Origin: Octopus vulgaris
Taxonomy: Eukaryota
Direction: 5' to 3'
NCBI GenBank assembly: GCA_951406725.2
Contig: OX597815.1
Span: 117,242,001-117,306,000, forward strand
Length of the DNA stretch: 64,000 bases
Position 1 is the first letter of the stretch; every line of letters begins with the position of its first letter. This document shows, piece after piece, positions 13,236 through 26,826 of this stretch. Made by a program: the position numbers and the translations under genes. Under the pieces are notes generated by a model. It made no database searches. It was given only the letters and a program-made list of their open reading frames with translations, and was not told the DNA's origin.

Positions 13236-13795
13236 CAGTGGTTCTCAACTGGGGCCCATATAAGATTTTTGTGGTCCATGAAAGCAAAATAGTAAATAGG
13301 GAACCCTCAATAGTATTTTAAGTGTCCATGAAAAAATTTTGTATCAGATATATTTATGTATTGCTAGAAACAAGTAAGTTTCTTTCTCAAACATTTTACA
13401 TAATTCAACATGCTTCCAACCACTGAAATATGTTCTCTCAGACACTGGCTATTGCAAACTTACACAAGTATACGAGAGAAAAAGATAGGAATTTTGATAG
13501 AAGTATCTATAAAGCTATTTTTTAACCCCTTGCAGACAGATTTAGTACTGACAGTCTGTGCTGTGTACCAGTGTTAGGCTGTTCAGTAACTACATAATTT
13601 TTCATACAAGAAATTTTACAGTGTATTTACAGATTCTTCTTAGAGTGGTTTATTTGAAAACATGGTGCTGCACAAATTGAGACATTGCACTGCTCACATA
13701 CACAATGTTTCAATGTGGTCAGTATCACTTCCTGTCTGCTAGGAGATAAGCATAAAATGGCTATGGGGGTCCACCAGAATAGTTGAGAACCACTG
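13236..13795. mobile_element. hAT MITE with nested piggyBac-like insertion (~13525-13746)
   Basis: TIRs cagtggttctcaact / agttgagaaccactg with 8-bp TSD atctatgg/gtctatgg. The inner element is ttaa-ccccttgcagaca…tgtctgctagg. Confidence 0.8.
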
Positions 13796-15241
13796 GTCTA
13801 TGGTCTATGATGGGATTAAGATTTGATGAATCTACATTAGTAATAAGTAGGTCAGGTCAGAACTAGTTTTTGATAATTTTTATTTATCTCTCCTATATTG
13901 TGCTGTAACTGCTGAATAATATGGAAACAATGTATTTAATCATAGCCTTTTCATGAACTCTACTTTTTGATGTGTTTTGTAGTAACCAAATATTTGTGAC
14001 TGCTATGTATGTATGCATGCATGCATGTATGTATACCAATGATATCTAACAATGAACTAACTGACAATGGGAGGAACAGTTTGAAAGAAGTCCTGACACA
14101 ATATAATTAACCTCAATCATTCTCAGTAGTTTACAATTTGAGGAAGCTGCAATCTGAACCATCTCAGCCGCCAGAATGTAACCTTTATAAAAAGCTAAAT
14201 GCCCATTGCTGTTTATAAATCTATAATGTGTTATCTTTGTGTGTGTATTTGTGTGCATGTGTGTGCGTGTCTTTGTGTGTGTGTGTATGATATGTGTATA
14301 TGTATTAGGATATATGTTTCAATTATTAGACTGTGGCCATGCTGGGGCATCATCTTGAAGAACTATAATCAAATGAATCAGCCCTACTACTTGTTTTTTA
14401 AAGCTTGGTATTTGTTCTGTCAGTCTATATTATATATATATACATGTGACCGACCAGGCTATCAGATGTTGCTACACATCGCTTGTCACAATGCACTTTG
14501 CATTGTTTTAGCCTTCAAATGACGCCACCCCACTGGCTAAGTGACCAGGCCAATGAATAAATAAATAAATAAATATATATATATGTATGTATATATGTAT
14601 ATACATGTGTACTAGTGTGCATGTGTGTGTGAACGTTAATCAGAATCACTAGTAAGCCAATATCAAGGAAAGAACTCAAAATGCTACCACATCAAGAATG
14701 TATATTTCTTCATTGAATGCTTGATGAATAGAGCTTCAAGTAATGAAGGGGAATAGTATGAGGTTCAGGAAAGGAGTTGTGGAGGAAATTTTGTAAGTCT
14801 CATTTAAACTGGTTTCTTTTATTTTCACTTGTTTTGACTGGTTGATAAAATAAAAAAAAATCTATTTTAAGCTGAAGTGTTGAATTTCAGTGTCTGTATC
14901 TAACCCTTTAGCATTCAGGTTACTTCATGAAGTATAATGTTTGTTTATTGACATTGCTTTGAATTAATGTGTTATCCTATACCTTTGAGATTTCAATGAT
15001 ATGATTGTCCTACCCTACCATGTGATTGTCATGGCAGGGTAGGAGTCAGAGGCCAGATCCGGCCAGTTTGAACAAAAAACAGGTAGAATATTTGGACCAG
15101 ATATGATCAGTGTGAATGTTAAAGAGTTACTATTGTGAAATTAGTTTTGAATTCTGTTTTAAAGTTTTTTTGTGATGTTTGTTAAATCTACAAAATTTTT
15201 AAATGTCAAATTTGGCCTTGTTTCCTTTTTAACATTAATGT

Positions 15242-15242
<1 letters not shown>

Positions 15243-15302
<60 letters not shown>

Positions 15303-15330
15303 GCTACTGTTACTGCTGCTGCTACTGCTA
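15243..15330. repeat. (CTA)n/(CTG)n microsatellite
   Basis: Visible in sequence. Confidence 0.95.
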
Positions 15331-16800
15331 CCAATGCCTTCCCTCATACAGTTTTTGTCAACCCTTGGTCAAAGACTGATAGATTCCCTTCTTTGGGGTC
15401 ATTTCTGACTTGCTATTTTTTTTTTCAATATGGGAGGACCCTATCTAAAGGAAGTGGAAAGAGAAGGCTTATGAATTACAACCAAGTACATTTTTAATGT
15501 ATTTAGTTGTAATTACTTAACTACTAACATTAGATGGTGACAACCAGAACGACTGACCTATATAGCTAAAAATATATTTACAACTCTGAAGCATATATAT
15601 ACTGCCGACAACCTTGCCCCATAATAATAATAATAGTAATAATAATGGTTACCATAAGTGAGAGATTTTGGGATGGAATAAAGTGAGAGAAAGCACTGCT
15701 CCTGAACTGAGTGAAACAGAGCTAACACTAAGCTATAGTAGATGAAAGACAGCAGGCTTATCAAAGGAAATCAATTTGTCATAGATTGCAGAAGTTTTAG
15801 TGCTATTTATCATGAAGTAATAATTTCTTCCTTTGAAAACTACATATGCAACCAGTCTGAATTTGCTCTGCCTAAACAAGCTGATGGCAACTTAGGTGAA
15901 CATTCATAATGTTCATGGAAACATTTTGGTCCTGGCATGGATTTGATGGATCTGACAGATTAATATGAAAAAATAAACAAACATATTAAGTATTGAAGAG
16001 TTACTCAAAAACGTTCTACATAATCTATTGTGGACATGAAAAATTTTTTCACTTTATCAAAAATCCAGAGTAGAATTTTTGTTGGCAAACCATGTCTGAC
16101 ATCAATTTGTTAAAAATAACCCAGCAAATCTCCTCTGTAAAATTTTAAAATCGCAAGTTATTTGTACCTAAAAACGAATATGATGGTGAAAACCAATTTT
16201 GGCCCAAGGCCTCCTTATATTGAGTAAAAAAACAAACAAACAAACAAAAAAAAAATAGAAACCCTCAAACTTAGCACCCCTGTGAAGGATTACAAGCAAA
16301 AATGGGTTGCAAACATGTAAATTAGATCAAAATGGCTTAACAGTAAAAAAAAAAAGGTTGAAAGAAGTACAAGGAAACTTACTGGACAAAGATTTGAGCA
16401 TCTTTCGTTAAAGAATTGTATTATTTTATTAATATAATAATGGTTTACTGTATCCCAAACTGTTCTGCTTGTGTTTGGAGGTTGTTGTTTATAGCTGAAC
16501 TTAGACCAGCTATGGTATTAACAGAAAACCCAGCTAATTTATTTATGGAGCATTGGACAGCACTTCTGATCACTATTTCTAAACATATGTAGAAAGATAG
16601 ACAGGCTTGAAACAGATCTGGAGTAGAGAGAATATGTCTTTGATGAGATCGCAAATGGCAGGGATAAAATTTTGAAAAGAAAAAAAAACCTAGCTGACCA
16701 ATTGACTAATTGAACGATTAATCAAATAATTGGTTAAATGGTTAACCAGTTGACAAACAAAAATAAAGGAGTGAAAAGGAACCGGTGTGTGTGTTTATTA

Positions 16801-18237
16801 TGTAGAACGACTGTGCGAAGGAGAGGTGACGCGAATGACTCCTTTAATACACCACACGTTCGAGTACAATATATACGAAAAGGATGAATGAGTGCAAGTG
16901 CCAGAAGGAAAACAGGCGACACAATCGGTAGAATGTTTAAGAGAAAGATTTTATTGATAGGTTAACATGTGTGTCTGTGTGTGCGTCATATATCTATATA
17001 TATAAAACTGTAGTTGTATATATAAAACTGTAGATTCCTAACTACTCCCACATTTTGCGGTGCAGTTTAACCAAATTCGGGTATCCTATAGTCGTGATTC
17101 ATATCGAGCCTGTCTGAGTATTAGCGCGCGTCTACGATGAGTCTACGATTTTAAAAATAATTTAACATCATTTTTTATTCCATTTTAATGCATAATTTTT
17201 CGTGTGTCGATGGCGGCGGAGTTGGCGTCCATGGTCACACCTGCACCTGTTTGCTTCTCCCCCTTCTTCCCTCCCTCGTGAAGCTGTGGGGAAGGGAGTG
17301 TAAGGAAATCAACGTCGTAAAGCGTTGTCAAGGAGACCAGCGTTCTTTTAGAACAACGACTTCATGGCTTGAAGACACCAAAACAGAAATGGCTAAGAAA
17401 GCCCGAATTGGCATCTATAAAAATGCTTATATAGTTATTTCCCTTACAAACCCGAGCAACGCTGGGCGATACTGCTAGTGCATAATAATAGACAAGCCGT
17501 CATGTATACAAAGTGTATTCGTACAAACAAGGATGTATGCGTGTGTGATAAGTACAGAGTATTGAAAGAGTCTATAATAGGACGCTAGAAGAATGTTCAG
17601 ACACAAGGAAGATAAATACCAGTTCGTAGTCGAGGTACACGATAGTTGAAGTGTGGTAACAAGAAGTTGAGGTGAAGAAGCAGAGCCTGTGCGGTATGTG
17701 TTGTACGAAGTAGTGGCTACAATGCTACTGCCGGGTTACTTGGCACAGAAGGTTCTCGCAGGTTGTGTTTGCTGTTAACCATGGTGAAATAATTCACGAA
17801 CAGTGTCGAGATAATACCTGTACGAGGGTTGGTGGTTGCTGTGTACTTAGAAAGCTGTTGACGACGTTAAGATGACGGAGGCGACGAAGGAGATTGCCGA
17901 TGCTGTTGGACGAGTGTTGATAAGTCTCCATGTGGCTGCTGTGGGCTGTTGTCGCTGGAACTGGCTGTGTCCTGTGTGGTCAGCGGTTAGACCTAAAAGG
18001 GTCTGGAACCGACTAACCTCGACTCGGTGTTAAAGCTAGCATTTTATACCATGCTATCGGCTCACCGGAATGTTTGGAAGAGACTCTCTTATCAGAAGGT
18101 TGCGATTCGTTGGGTTGCACATTGACGCGTAATAGAGCAAGAGATAAATTGCGCCAATACCAACCAATCAGACAATCAGAGTAGTGGATACAACAGGGTC
18201 CAAAAGTGCAGCCGAAGGCTAGCTGTTATCTACTACA
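16801..18237. mobile_element. Probable solo LTR (TGTAG…CTACA), interrupted by a Helitron; related copy at ~36760-37350
   Basis: Terminal TGTAG/CTACA and clear similarity of 16880-17680 to 36860-37190. No TSD seen. Confidence 0.5.
16993..17478 (+). mobile_element. Non-autonomous Helitron (copy 1)
   Basis: A|TC start, subterminal hairpin cccgagcaacgctggg, CTAG|T end, no TSD. Confidence 0.88.
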
Positions 18238-18256
18238 TCCGTATTCATGTATATAT

Positions 18257-18258
<2 letters not shown>

Positions 18259-18337
<79 letters not shown>
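18259..18337. repeat. (GA)n microsatellite
   Basis: Visible in sequence. Confidence 0.95.
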
Positions 18338-18339
<2 letters not shown>

Positions 18340-18599
18340 CGCTACAATTATTGGCATAATGACCGCCCTGAGATACAACAGAAAATATTTCAACACACGA
18401 GTTCAAATGAAAATTTTGCAAACCTAATACGAAAACGAAATGCACAAATGTATTATTTAGAGCAAAATTGCATATAACCTATGCATAATCTATGTGTTGA
18501 ATTGAAACTGTTTTACTGAAATTTGAATAGCAATAGAACTGGCTCAAACTGTTTTTTTAAAGCACATGATGGATGATAATTTTCCTCACATAAAGCACT

Positions 18600-19025
18600 T
18601 CTCAATGAGTTCACTAATATTTGTTCGTTCTGTAAATATTTTTCAAATGATAAATCAACAATAATTCTTCACTGTTTTGTACAATTGAAAGATACATGTA
18701 TAAGATTAGTGATAAAACTAACCATTAAACAATTTTTCTGACATTATGCAATTTTCAATGAGAGTTTCAATATTTGTTCGTTTTGTATAAGTTTTTCAAG
18801 TGATAATCAACTGTAAACCTTCACTGTCTTGCGTGATTGGAAGATACGCTTATAATAAAATTAGAGTGATAAAAGTAACCATTAAACAAATTAAATGAGA
18901 TTTCCAATATTTGTTTTGTAAATATTTTTCAAATAATAAACTATAAATAATCCTTCACTGTCTTGTACAAATGGAAGATATGCATTCATACAATAATACT
19001 TCAAAGATAACAGTAATCATTATTC
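18600..19025. repeat. Degenerate tandem repeat, ~140-155-bp unit x3
   Basis: Recurring aatatttgtt…ttttcaa.tgataa…cttcactgt.ttg…gaagata…gataa..gtaaccatta. Confidence 0.7.
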
Positions 19026-20128
19026 GGAATCCTGTTTGCTGTGCTTACTATAATGTACTTTCGATCAATAATAGACAATAGCAACGTGCATATTTGGTAA
19101 AAATAGTTGTTGGAGCCTGCTGTGGTCAGAGTATACATGATGCGTAAATTGTGCAGTGATCAATTTTTCTAATTTTATATCCCAAGTCACAGCAATGAAA
19201 CCGCATAGTGAAACATTAATCCAAGTGAAATAATGATACGAAGCTCTTTTCTTCCAGAAAGGGAAATCTAACTATCTCACATCAAACTTTAATCATGTTA
19301 AATTGTTTTAGTCACGTGAGCATTAGATTGAGTCATATGACTAAGTAAATATAAAATGCATGATACGACAACATGAATGATACAGTGGTCGCCATAACAC
19401 TTAGAAAAAGGATGCCCATTTTAATTCTTATGAGACATCCAATCTTTTCCTGATAATATGAGCAATGTTGGGAAAATGATATCAGTATTCCAACGGAAAT
19501 TGAAAGACAAAAACCATACAACATTAAAAATATCTCACTGAAAACGAAGGCATTTTAAAATAATCTGTATACAACAATTGCCATTGGGAAAAGAATGAAA
19601 TTTTCCAACATGCATTTTAATTTGACTTTCTAAAATTACCAAGAATGATAGATAAGATTGTATAATATTGACATTTGCTACTGTTGTTGTTCAGTTAGTT
19701 CCCAAGTTAACCGTGATCGACCTAAGATAAAAATGCTCTAGTCGTGACCGTCTCGTCTTTCCAGCCAGCTTATCTCAGATAATATCATCCAAAATGTCAT
19801 TCCTTTATTGTTCTTTAAAACCTATTGTATACTTTGAGAACGATACAGTTGCTATTTCTAACAGATCAAGCATTTCCTTACTTGACTTGTAAATGGTTGT
19901 TAATGCTTTTTGTCTGATTTAAGAGATATATGAGGGACATTTGGCTGTTATTTCTGGCAGGTTTTGTAGCTTGGCTGGCATCTGTAGCATTCTTCTTGTT
20001 ATTATTCAAACCCACAATATCCTTGACTATATTATCCAATGTATCAATCCAGTTGCATTGTATTGGTAGGAATGTGGGGTGGTCCGCCCTGGGCGACGTT
20101 TTTGAGTCTGTTGTATGAGCATGTACAA

Positions 20129-20384
20129 CAGTGATTCTCAACCGGGTCCCAAATGGCTTTTGGGGATCTATATAAAATTTGACTAAAATTTATGTGCAAT
20201 AAATTGGTTATACTTCTACAATACACAAAATATTTTAACTATTTTTTATACAATTCCTATTAATATTTAATCACACAGAAGGTTTATATATATATATATA
20301 CACACATCAGATGGCTATGGAGGTCCAGTAGAGCAAAATAGGTATCAAAGTGTTCCATAGGCCAAAAATGGCTGAGAATCACTG
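20129..20384. mobile_element. hAT MITE
   Basis: TIRs cagtgattctcaacc / ggctgagaatcactg. Confidence 0.75.
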
Positions 20385-20696
20385 CTGTATAGACCTTGAA
20401 GGCCTGTGTGTGTATGTATGTGTGTGTGTGTGGAGGGTCGGCAAACTCAAGGGCCCTGGACAGCAAAGGTATTAGGGTGGCATAGCTGGAAAGTGAGCTT
20501 CTTCTTTACACAGCCATGTAGATTAAAACGATTATTTTGGCTGATGCCATCTACACCGCTACTCAGAGTTACCAAGTTAAGAATGTTTCGTCAAGCTGCA
20601 AGTTTTGATAATTGGCTATCTGTCGAAACGTATGAGAGAACTCTAATTAGCAGCGTAGATATCAACAAAATAAATTTCACACACACACACACACGC

Positions 20697-21040
20697 GTGG
20701 AGGGCTCTTCATTGGGCCTTGGGTCCAACAATGACACTTCATGCATAGAGTACATATTAAATTTTATTAAACTTGACCAACATTTTTCAAGCAATGAACA
20801 ATTTTCATCAAAACAATGATATAATTTGTCGACTTGCAACTTATTGCTAAGTTGCATGATAAACAACATTTTTTTTATCTTCCCATTCAGGGGTCAGTAC
20901 AATTTTTTTTCTGTCTAACCTCCTTCTTTCTCTATCTCTTTTGTTTTGAACCATCACCACCACGACTGCCATACACACACCATTCAGACTTCTGACGCCA
21001 ACACCATCAATAGACTTCGCCGCTTTCCCTTCCACCACCA
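20697..21040. repeat. Unclassified interspersed repeat; inverted copy at 45420-45806
   Basis: The two segments are reverse-complement homologs. Confidence 0.7.
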
Positions 21041-22629
21041 TCACCTCTGTTTTTCACATCGCTTACTCCACCACCACCATCATCACTATCTTTCGCATCA
21101 CTTACTATCACCGTCATCCCTGACTGACCACCAGCACCATCATCACTATCTCCTCCGCCTCTATCACGATTGCAGCTCATACTATTACTATCACCCCATT
21201 ACCATCACAACCGCCAATCTACTACCATCTCTATGCCTACTATTACTCTCATCCCATCATAAGAAATGGTGGAAGTGTCATTGAATGGTGAGAGGCGGGG
21301 TCAAAGTGTGACACACTGACACACAAATTCATTTTGGCATTTATTATTATAGATTATTGATATAGATATATAACATACGTAGCTCATATAAATTCACCAA
21401 AAACAATGTGATTTATTATCAGCTCGATAAATTTTATTATTATAATCACCACCCAAATTATTAATTATTAATTTAATTTTCCAATACCAACTTAATCGTG
21501 AAAAAATCCATCTTATTAAAGCTTCTTATATATTTTTTGTTATTAGCTGCAACCAGGTTAATTATCTTGATAGTGTTATAATTATTGACTGTGCAGAAAA
21601 TTTAATACAAAAATTCCAATGGAAGTAAAATGTATTCGAAGATATATAGTTCTACAATATTAGGTCACTAAAAGTTTAGATTGGTGCCAAGCTTTGATAA
21701 CATTACTCTATCAAATGATTCCTCTTCTAAAAGCTGCGTTGTTTATCAGTGTCTTTGGATCCTACAGTTTCTCTTGTGGCTGATATGTTGAATTCTCAGT
21801 GTCATAACGCATCATCATTCCAAGCGAGTTATAACCTTTGTTAGTGACAGTAATACAAGCATTTCATATGAAATAAGTAAAAATCATTGAAATGATTTAT
21901 ATCTAATTGGATTTAGCTGTGTAATTCAGAAAACTAGACAGGATCGTTTTACAGTGTTGTTTATATGAATAGGTCCTTACAGGCTAATACTATCAAAACA
22001 ATGGAAATTTTCTCCTATGACTTTGATTATATAACTTGTAATGGTAAGAATAGTGAAATATAATATTCTACACTGATACAGAAACATACAGCACACGCTC
22101 GATTACACAGTTACGCATTCACTTTCACCTTCTCCTGTTAACAATACATCTCACTTTTAGTCGAATCTTGTTGAATATAGTGTCAAACATGATGATTTAT
22201 TTTCCCGCTACTGCTCATTTATCTTGCAGTTACAAGGGAAGATATCAGCATGTAATACAACACAATTAGTCAGAAGCTATACAAGAATTTTATGAAGTAT
22301 GAAAACAGAAAAAATACCATCATATATCATAAAATCATTTATGCTTCTGTTTTCGCGTGTGTTTTACGTGATGTGTGTGTATATGACTACTTTTTTTTTT
22401 ATCAGTATTCTTCCGAGGAGGAAGGAGCTGGTTTCCAATAAAAGAAACAAAGCACCATCTGTGGAATTTGGATAACAGCAGTGATAATTGTTATACATCA
22501 AATTCTGAGAAAGTCTTGTTTATTTTTACTGTTTCATTTACTGATTGTAATCGCAAAGTGTAAACGGTCTCTTTCGTTGCTTGAAAATCCTAATGTATAG
22601 TTTCTTTAATTATTTGAAGTTTTCTTGTA

Positions 22630-23410
22630 AAGAAGGGCTTGGTTTCTTACAATACTACAAAGGCTTATCATTGCAAAAAAGATGGCGAAAACGAACTTGA
22701 GAAAAGTCTTGCATATTTTTACTGTTCTGCTTACAGATTGCGAATAGCATGAATGATTGTCCTGATGGACGTACCATCACGAGAAGTTAATATCATGTAG
22801 ATTATTTCGAACTGCTGCTGATGATCTGGGTGATACCGCCTACACTGGTACTGGTAAGGCACAGTTGATACTTTCTATAAAAACGTGGCGTTTCAAAAGC
22901 ATCATTCTTATCTCTTTTGTTGGTGAGGTATTTAGTTGCTATCTCTCGTCCATGGGTGGCAAAAAGCATACTTTCTAGATGAGGTGTATCATAGGAGAGG
23001 TTATTATTTCTGTCAATGTTGCTGGTATTCTCTAGCTTGCAGGATATACACAACTTCTTGCTGATATGATGAGTGTTTTGGAGGTTATTCCAGCTACTCT
23101 TAGTTAATGTGAAAAACTGTAGATTTAGTGTACCTATTCAGAAGGACTTCACCTAATCTTATGATGCTATTGTTTTTGTTGTCGAGTACTGATATGATAG
23201 CTCTTAAAGGCCATCTAGACTGATCTTATGCCCCGCCTCCATTTTTCTGTTTCATACAGATGCTGTCTGCGTCACTGTTGACGTGGAAGTTACCAGTAGT
23301 TGTTAGTAGCATTTTAGTCTTCATGTTCAAGATGTAGATATTCTTTAATGTCCAGTCTACTATCCCAAATGGCATAAGGTCTTATTGAATGCAAATGACT
23401 TCAACATCAT
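22630..23410 (-). mobile_element. R4/Dong-like non-LTR retrotransposon relic
   Basis: Minus strand near 23230-23375 reads FGIVDWTLKNI..LNMKTKMLLTTTGNFHVNSDADS.C..QKNGG, resembling the R4/Dong RT thumb. A partial duplicate of the 3' end lies at 22410-22550. Confidence 0.6.
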
Positions 23411-23437
23411 TTGAAGTCTGCTCTATGTGTACGTACA

Positions 23438-23450
23438 TGTGTGTATGTGT

Positions 23451-23547
<97 letters not shown>
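23438..23547. repeat. (GT)n microsatellite
   Basis: Visible in sequence. Confidence 0.95.
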
Positions 23548-23548
<1 letters not shown>

Positions 23549-23959
23549 ACGGAAGCGCGCGATGTGAGTTCGTTGTGTGTAGACATTCGTATGTGCGTGC
23601 TAGGTCTCAGAAATGGAATGTTAATGAAAGAGCATCATGACAACGAGATGGGTAATGAATGAAATGTAGAATATAAACACCATGTTGATTATTATCATTG
23701 TACTGTGGTCAGATAACAAATGTTCAATAATAAATGCATGTGACGAAATAAATATACAGCAGCGACTAGTAATTTCTGTGGTATATAAAGATCACACAAA
23801 GCTTTCATTTTAATAATTTTACTTTCAAAAGTGCTGAACGAATTAACAACTAATTAGCTCTACACGCAATGCAATTCACGGCGATCTTTCACTCCAAGGA
23901 TTAAGAAGCGAAGAAGTGAAAGTGAAAGATGGCAATGTACAATAAACTTGGCTATTCCT

Positions 23960-24216
23960 GAGAAAGCGATGATTGAGTAAATATTAGTAAATGCTTAAAA
24001 GTAGGTTGTTAAACGTCATTATTATAGATTTCTGCTTTCATTTTTCAACAGTATCGTTTAGTGAATGAACTTTTCACGCTTGCGTCTGGGTATTTGATTG
24101 GACGGATGTATCATTCATAAGTTGACTAAATGTTGTTGAGAGATAAAAACACAAATCTATAATAATGACGCTGAATAACCTACTTTTAAGCATTTACTTA
24201 GTCATTTCGCTTTCTT
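23960..24216. repeat. MITE-like inverted repeat (~65-bp arms)
   Basis: agtaaatgcttaaaagtaggtt…cgtcattattatagattt pairs with aaatctataataatgacg…aacctacttttaagcatttact. Confidence 0.75.
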
Positions 24217-25029
24217 AGTATATTCGAGTTTATTTTTGTACATACCCAGCTTTCATGTCCAATCATGTACCTAAATACAGAAAGATCGCTTAAATCACCA
24301 AGTCATGAAGTGTCGTACTAAATAGAAAGATGCAGAAAGCTGTCCACTAGTCTTGAGAGATAAACACTTAAAATGTTATAGCTCCAGCTTCTTTCTGTAT
24401 TTCTTATTCTTTATTTTGTTACCATTTATCAAGGAGATCGATCTGTTATTAACAGTAGAATCGTGGATCAAAATTCCCAGCTGTATTTAGTCACGCCTCA
24501 TTACATTTTGAGTTCAAATCGCACGGAAGCTGCCTTTCTCTTGCATTCTTTTGGGATTGATAACATTAGTATCAGGAAAGTTGATTGGTAGAAACGACAG
24601 AATCACGGATAAAATTCCTTGCAGCGTTATGTAGCTTCACATTCTGAGTTCAAATCCCATAGAAGTTCTTTTCTTTTTTATTTTTCAAGGTGAAAGACTT
24701 TGACTTTCACTGTTGAAACAAAACGGATCATTTTTCTTGCCAATTGTCGGCCTTTTTAAGGAATTGCGCTCCTCATCTCAGGGAATCAGTTGTCAACGGT
24801 CAACAAGGTCTATGAGAATGGTGTTCAGCTGGTACATAAATCTAGGGCGCGGAAATCCAAAGCAGAACCCAATTCATAAAGGGTTTCCGTGAGTTTCTGA
24901 CGAGAATGGGCCCTATCTTCTTACCAGTTGAGCCCCGAAAGTAACCTCTTTCTGCCGGGCAGATTTTCTCTCAGAGGATCTGATAGTCAATAGCCGAAAC
25001 TCTATATTTATGAGTTAAATGTGAAATAT

Positions 25030-25234
25030 CTCTTTTACTCTTTTACTTGTTTCAGTCATTTGACCGTGGCTATGCTGGGGCACCGCCTTTAGTCGAGCAA
25101 ATTGACTCCATGACTTATTCTTTGTAAGCCTAGTACTTATCTTATCGACATCTTTTGCCGAACCGCTAAGTTATCGGGACGTAAACACACCAGCATCGGT
25201 TGTCAAGCGATGTTGGGGGGGGGAGACAAAAACA

Positions 25235-25276
<42 letters not shown>

Positions 25277-25443
25277 AATGACGGGATTTCCTTCAGTTTT
25301 CGTCTACCAAATCCACTCACAAGGCATTGGTCGGCCCGAGGCTATAGTAGAAGACACTTGCCCAAGGTGCCATGCAGTGAGGCTGAACCTGGAACCATAT
25401 GGTTCGTAAGCAGTCTATTTACCACACAATCGCTCCTTCACCT
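25030..25443 (-). mobile_element. tRNA-derived CORE-type SINE
   Basis: Same family. Confidence 0.85.
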
Positions 25444-26297
25444 ATGTTTAAATTTAATTTTAAAAATACATTAGTTTTCATTACTCTCTTCCAGCTCAGT
25501 CAACCTCTTCTTCTTCTTCTTCCAGTCAGGACTAATTCGAGCCTACTCTAAGCTACTAAGAATGCATGTGGCAACTTGAAGATTCACCCACCACACGCGA
25601 TAGACCGGCGGTTGCATGGGCGCGAAAGCTACGTCATTATCCTCATCCCGTAAACGGTGGCTTTTAACGGGTGGCGAGCTGAACCATCCTGGGGTACAGA
25701 GGATTCGCAATCTAGACTAGGGTCTGAAAGTTTACCACGCCATAGTGGGTTACACCATGGTTCCTCTGCTTTGTGGCAGAAGTAGGAAGAAAGAGTGAGA
25801 GAAAGTTGTGGTGAAAGAGTACAGCGGGGTTCACTCCCCCACCTCGCTGGAACCTCATGGAGCTTAGGTGTTTTTGCTCAATAAACACTCACAATGTCTG
25901 GGAATCGAAACCGCGTTCTTACGACCGCGAGTCCGCTGCCCTAACCACTGGACCATTGCGCCTCCACGCTCAATTGATTTAAAACATGCATGCACACATG
26001 CATAAGTACAGATATTTCCTGATGAAATGCTTTGTCCACATTTAGATTAATTAATTTTTATATATTAGTTAATTATACGAACAATGGCGCTTGTACTTTT
26101 ACAGCTGAAGCAACTATAGAGTTTAAAATGAAATTATGAAACATCTGTGAAATCTTTGCTTTTTCACTATTCTAAATATATACATACATATACACATACA
26201 CGTGTCCGTGTGTGCATCTGTGTGTGTGTATGCGTGTGTGTGTGTATGCACGTGTGTGCGCGTGTGTATGTACGTATATATATGTATTGTTATTTGT

Positions 26298-26586
26298 TCC
26301 TTCTCGAGCCATCCCTGGCTCATAGGACCGGTTATCCCGGTTTCCTTGGCGTATAGGTTCCCCACCTGGACGGGGCGCCGGTCCGTCGCAGGTGAGTTGC
26401 AAGGTGCAGGAGGAAAGAATGAGAGAAAGTTGTGGCGAAAGAGTCAGCAGAAGTTCGTCATTACCTTCTGCCGGAGCCGTGTGGAGCTTAGGTGTTTTCG
26501 TTCATAAACACACACATCTGAGATTCGAACCCGCGATCCCTCGACCGCGAGTCCGCTGCTCTAACCACTAGGCTATGTGCCTCCAC
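26298..26586 (-). mobile_element. tRNA-Arg-like SINE (OR-type); other copies 25770-25966(-), 50920-51315(+), 8370-8630(-)
   Basis: Minus head ggaggcacatagcctagtggttagagcagcggactcgcggtcgagggatcgcgggttcgaatc has tRNA A/B boxes and is followed by a non-tRNA body. Confidence 0.75.
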
Positions 26587-26604
26587 TATATATATATGAT
26601 AGAT

Positions 26605-26778
26605 CGTTAGTCACTACACACATTTTTTTCTCTCCTTGTTTTTTTTTCTGTGTCCCTTTCTGTATAAGAGCGTAGGCTCGAAACGTAAAAGACTTTTTCT
26701 ATTCCTGAGCGTTATACTAATACATCTGTTTGTTTTGTACACCACCTGTCTTCATCTTTTGTTTTTTTCGTAAACTCT

Positions 26779-26782
<4 letters not shown>
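26605..26782 (+). mobile_element. Short (TA)n-flanked non-autonomous PLE-like repeat (copy 1; copy 2 at 48684-48872)
   Basis: Two near-identical ~180-190-nt copies, both ending aaactctccc(TA)n and carrying a hammerhead-like motif. Confidence 0.65.
26656..26691 (+). ncRNA. Hammerhead-like motif with variant core, in a short (TA)n-flanked repeat (copy 1)
   Basis: cuuu-CUGUAUA-A-GAGC guag GCUC-GAAA-CG-UA-aaag with palindromic ACGU stem III. Confidence 0.5.

Positions 26783-26826
<44 letters not shown>

Noticed and set aside
14046-14258. Possible minus-strand exon (GYILAAEMVQIAASS…)
   Set aside because: Weak splice signals, no recognisable homology and no partner exon.
26500-26586. tRNA-Arg gene
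   Set aside because: The tRNA-like head continues into a SINE body without a proper acceptor stem or terminator, and it has multiple decayed copies.
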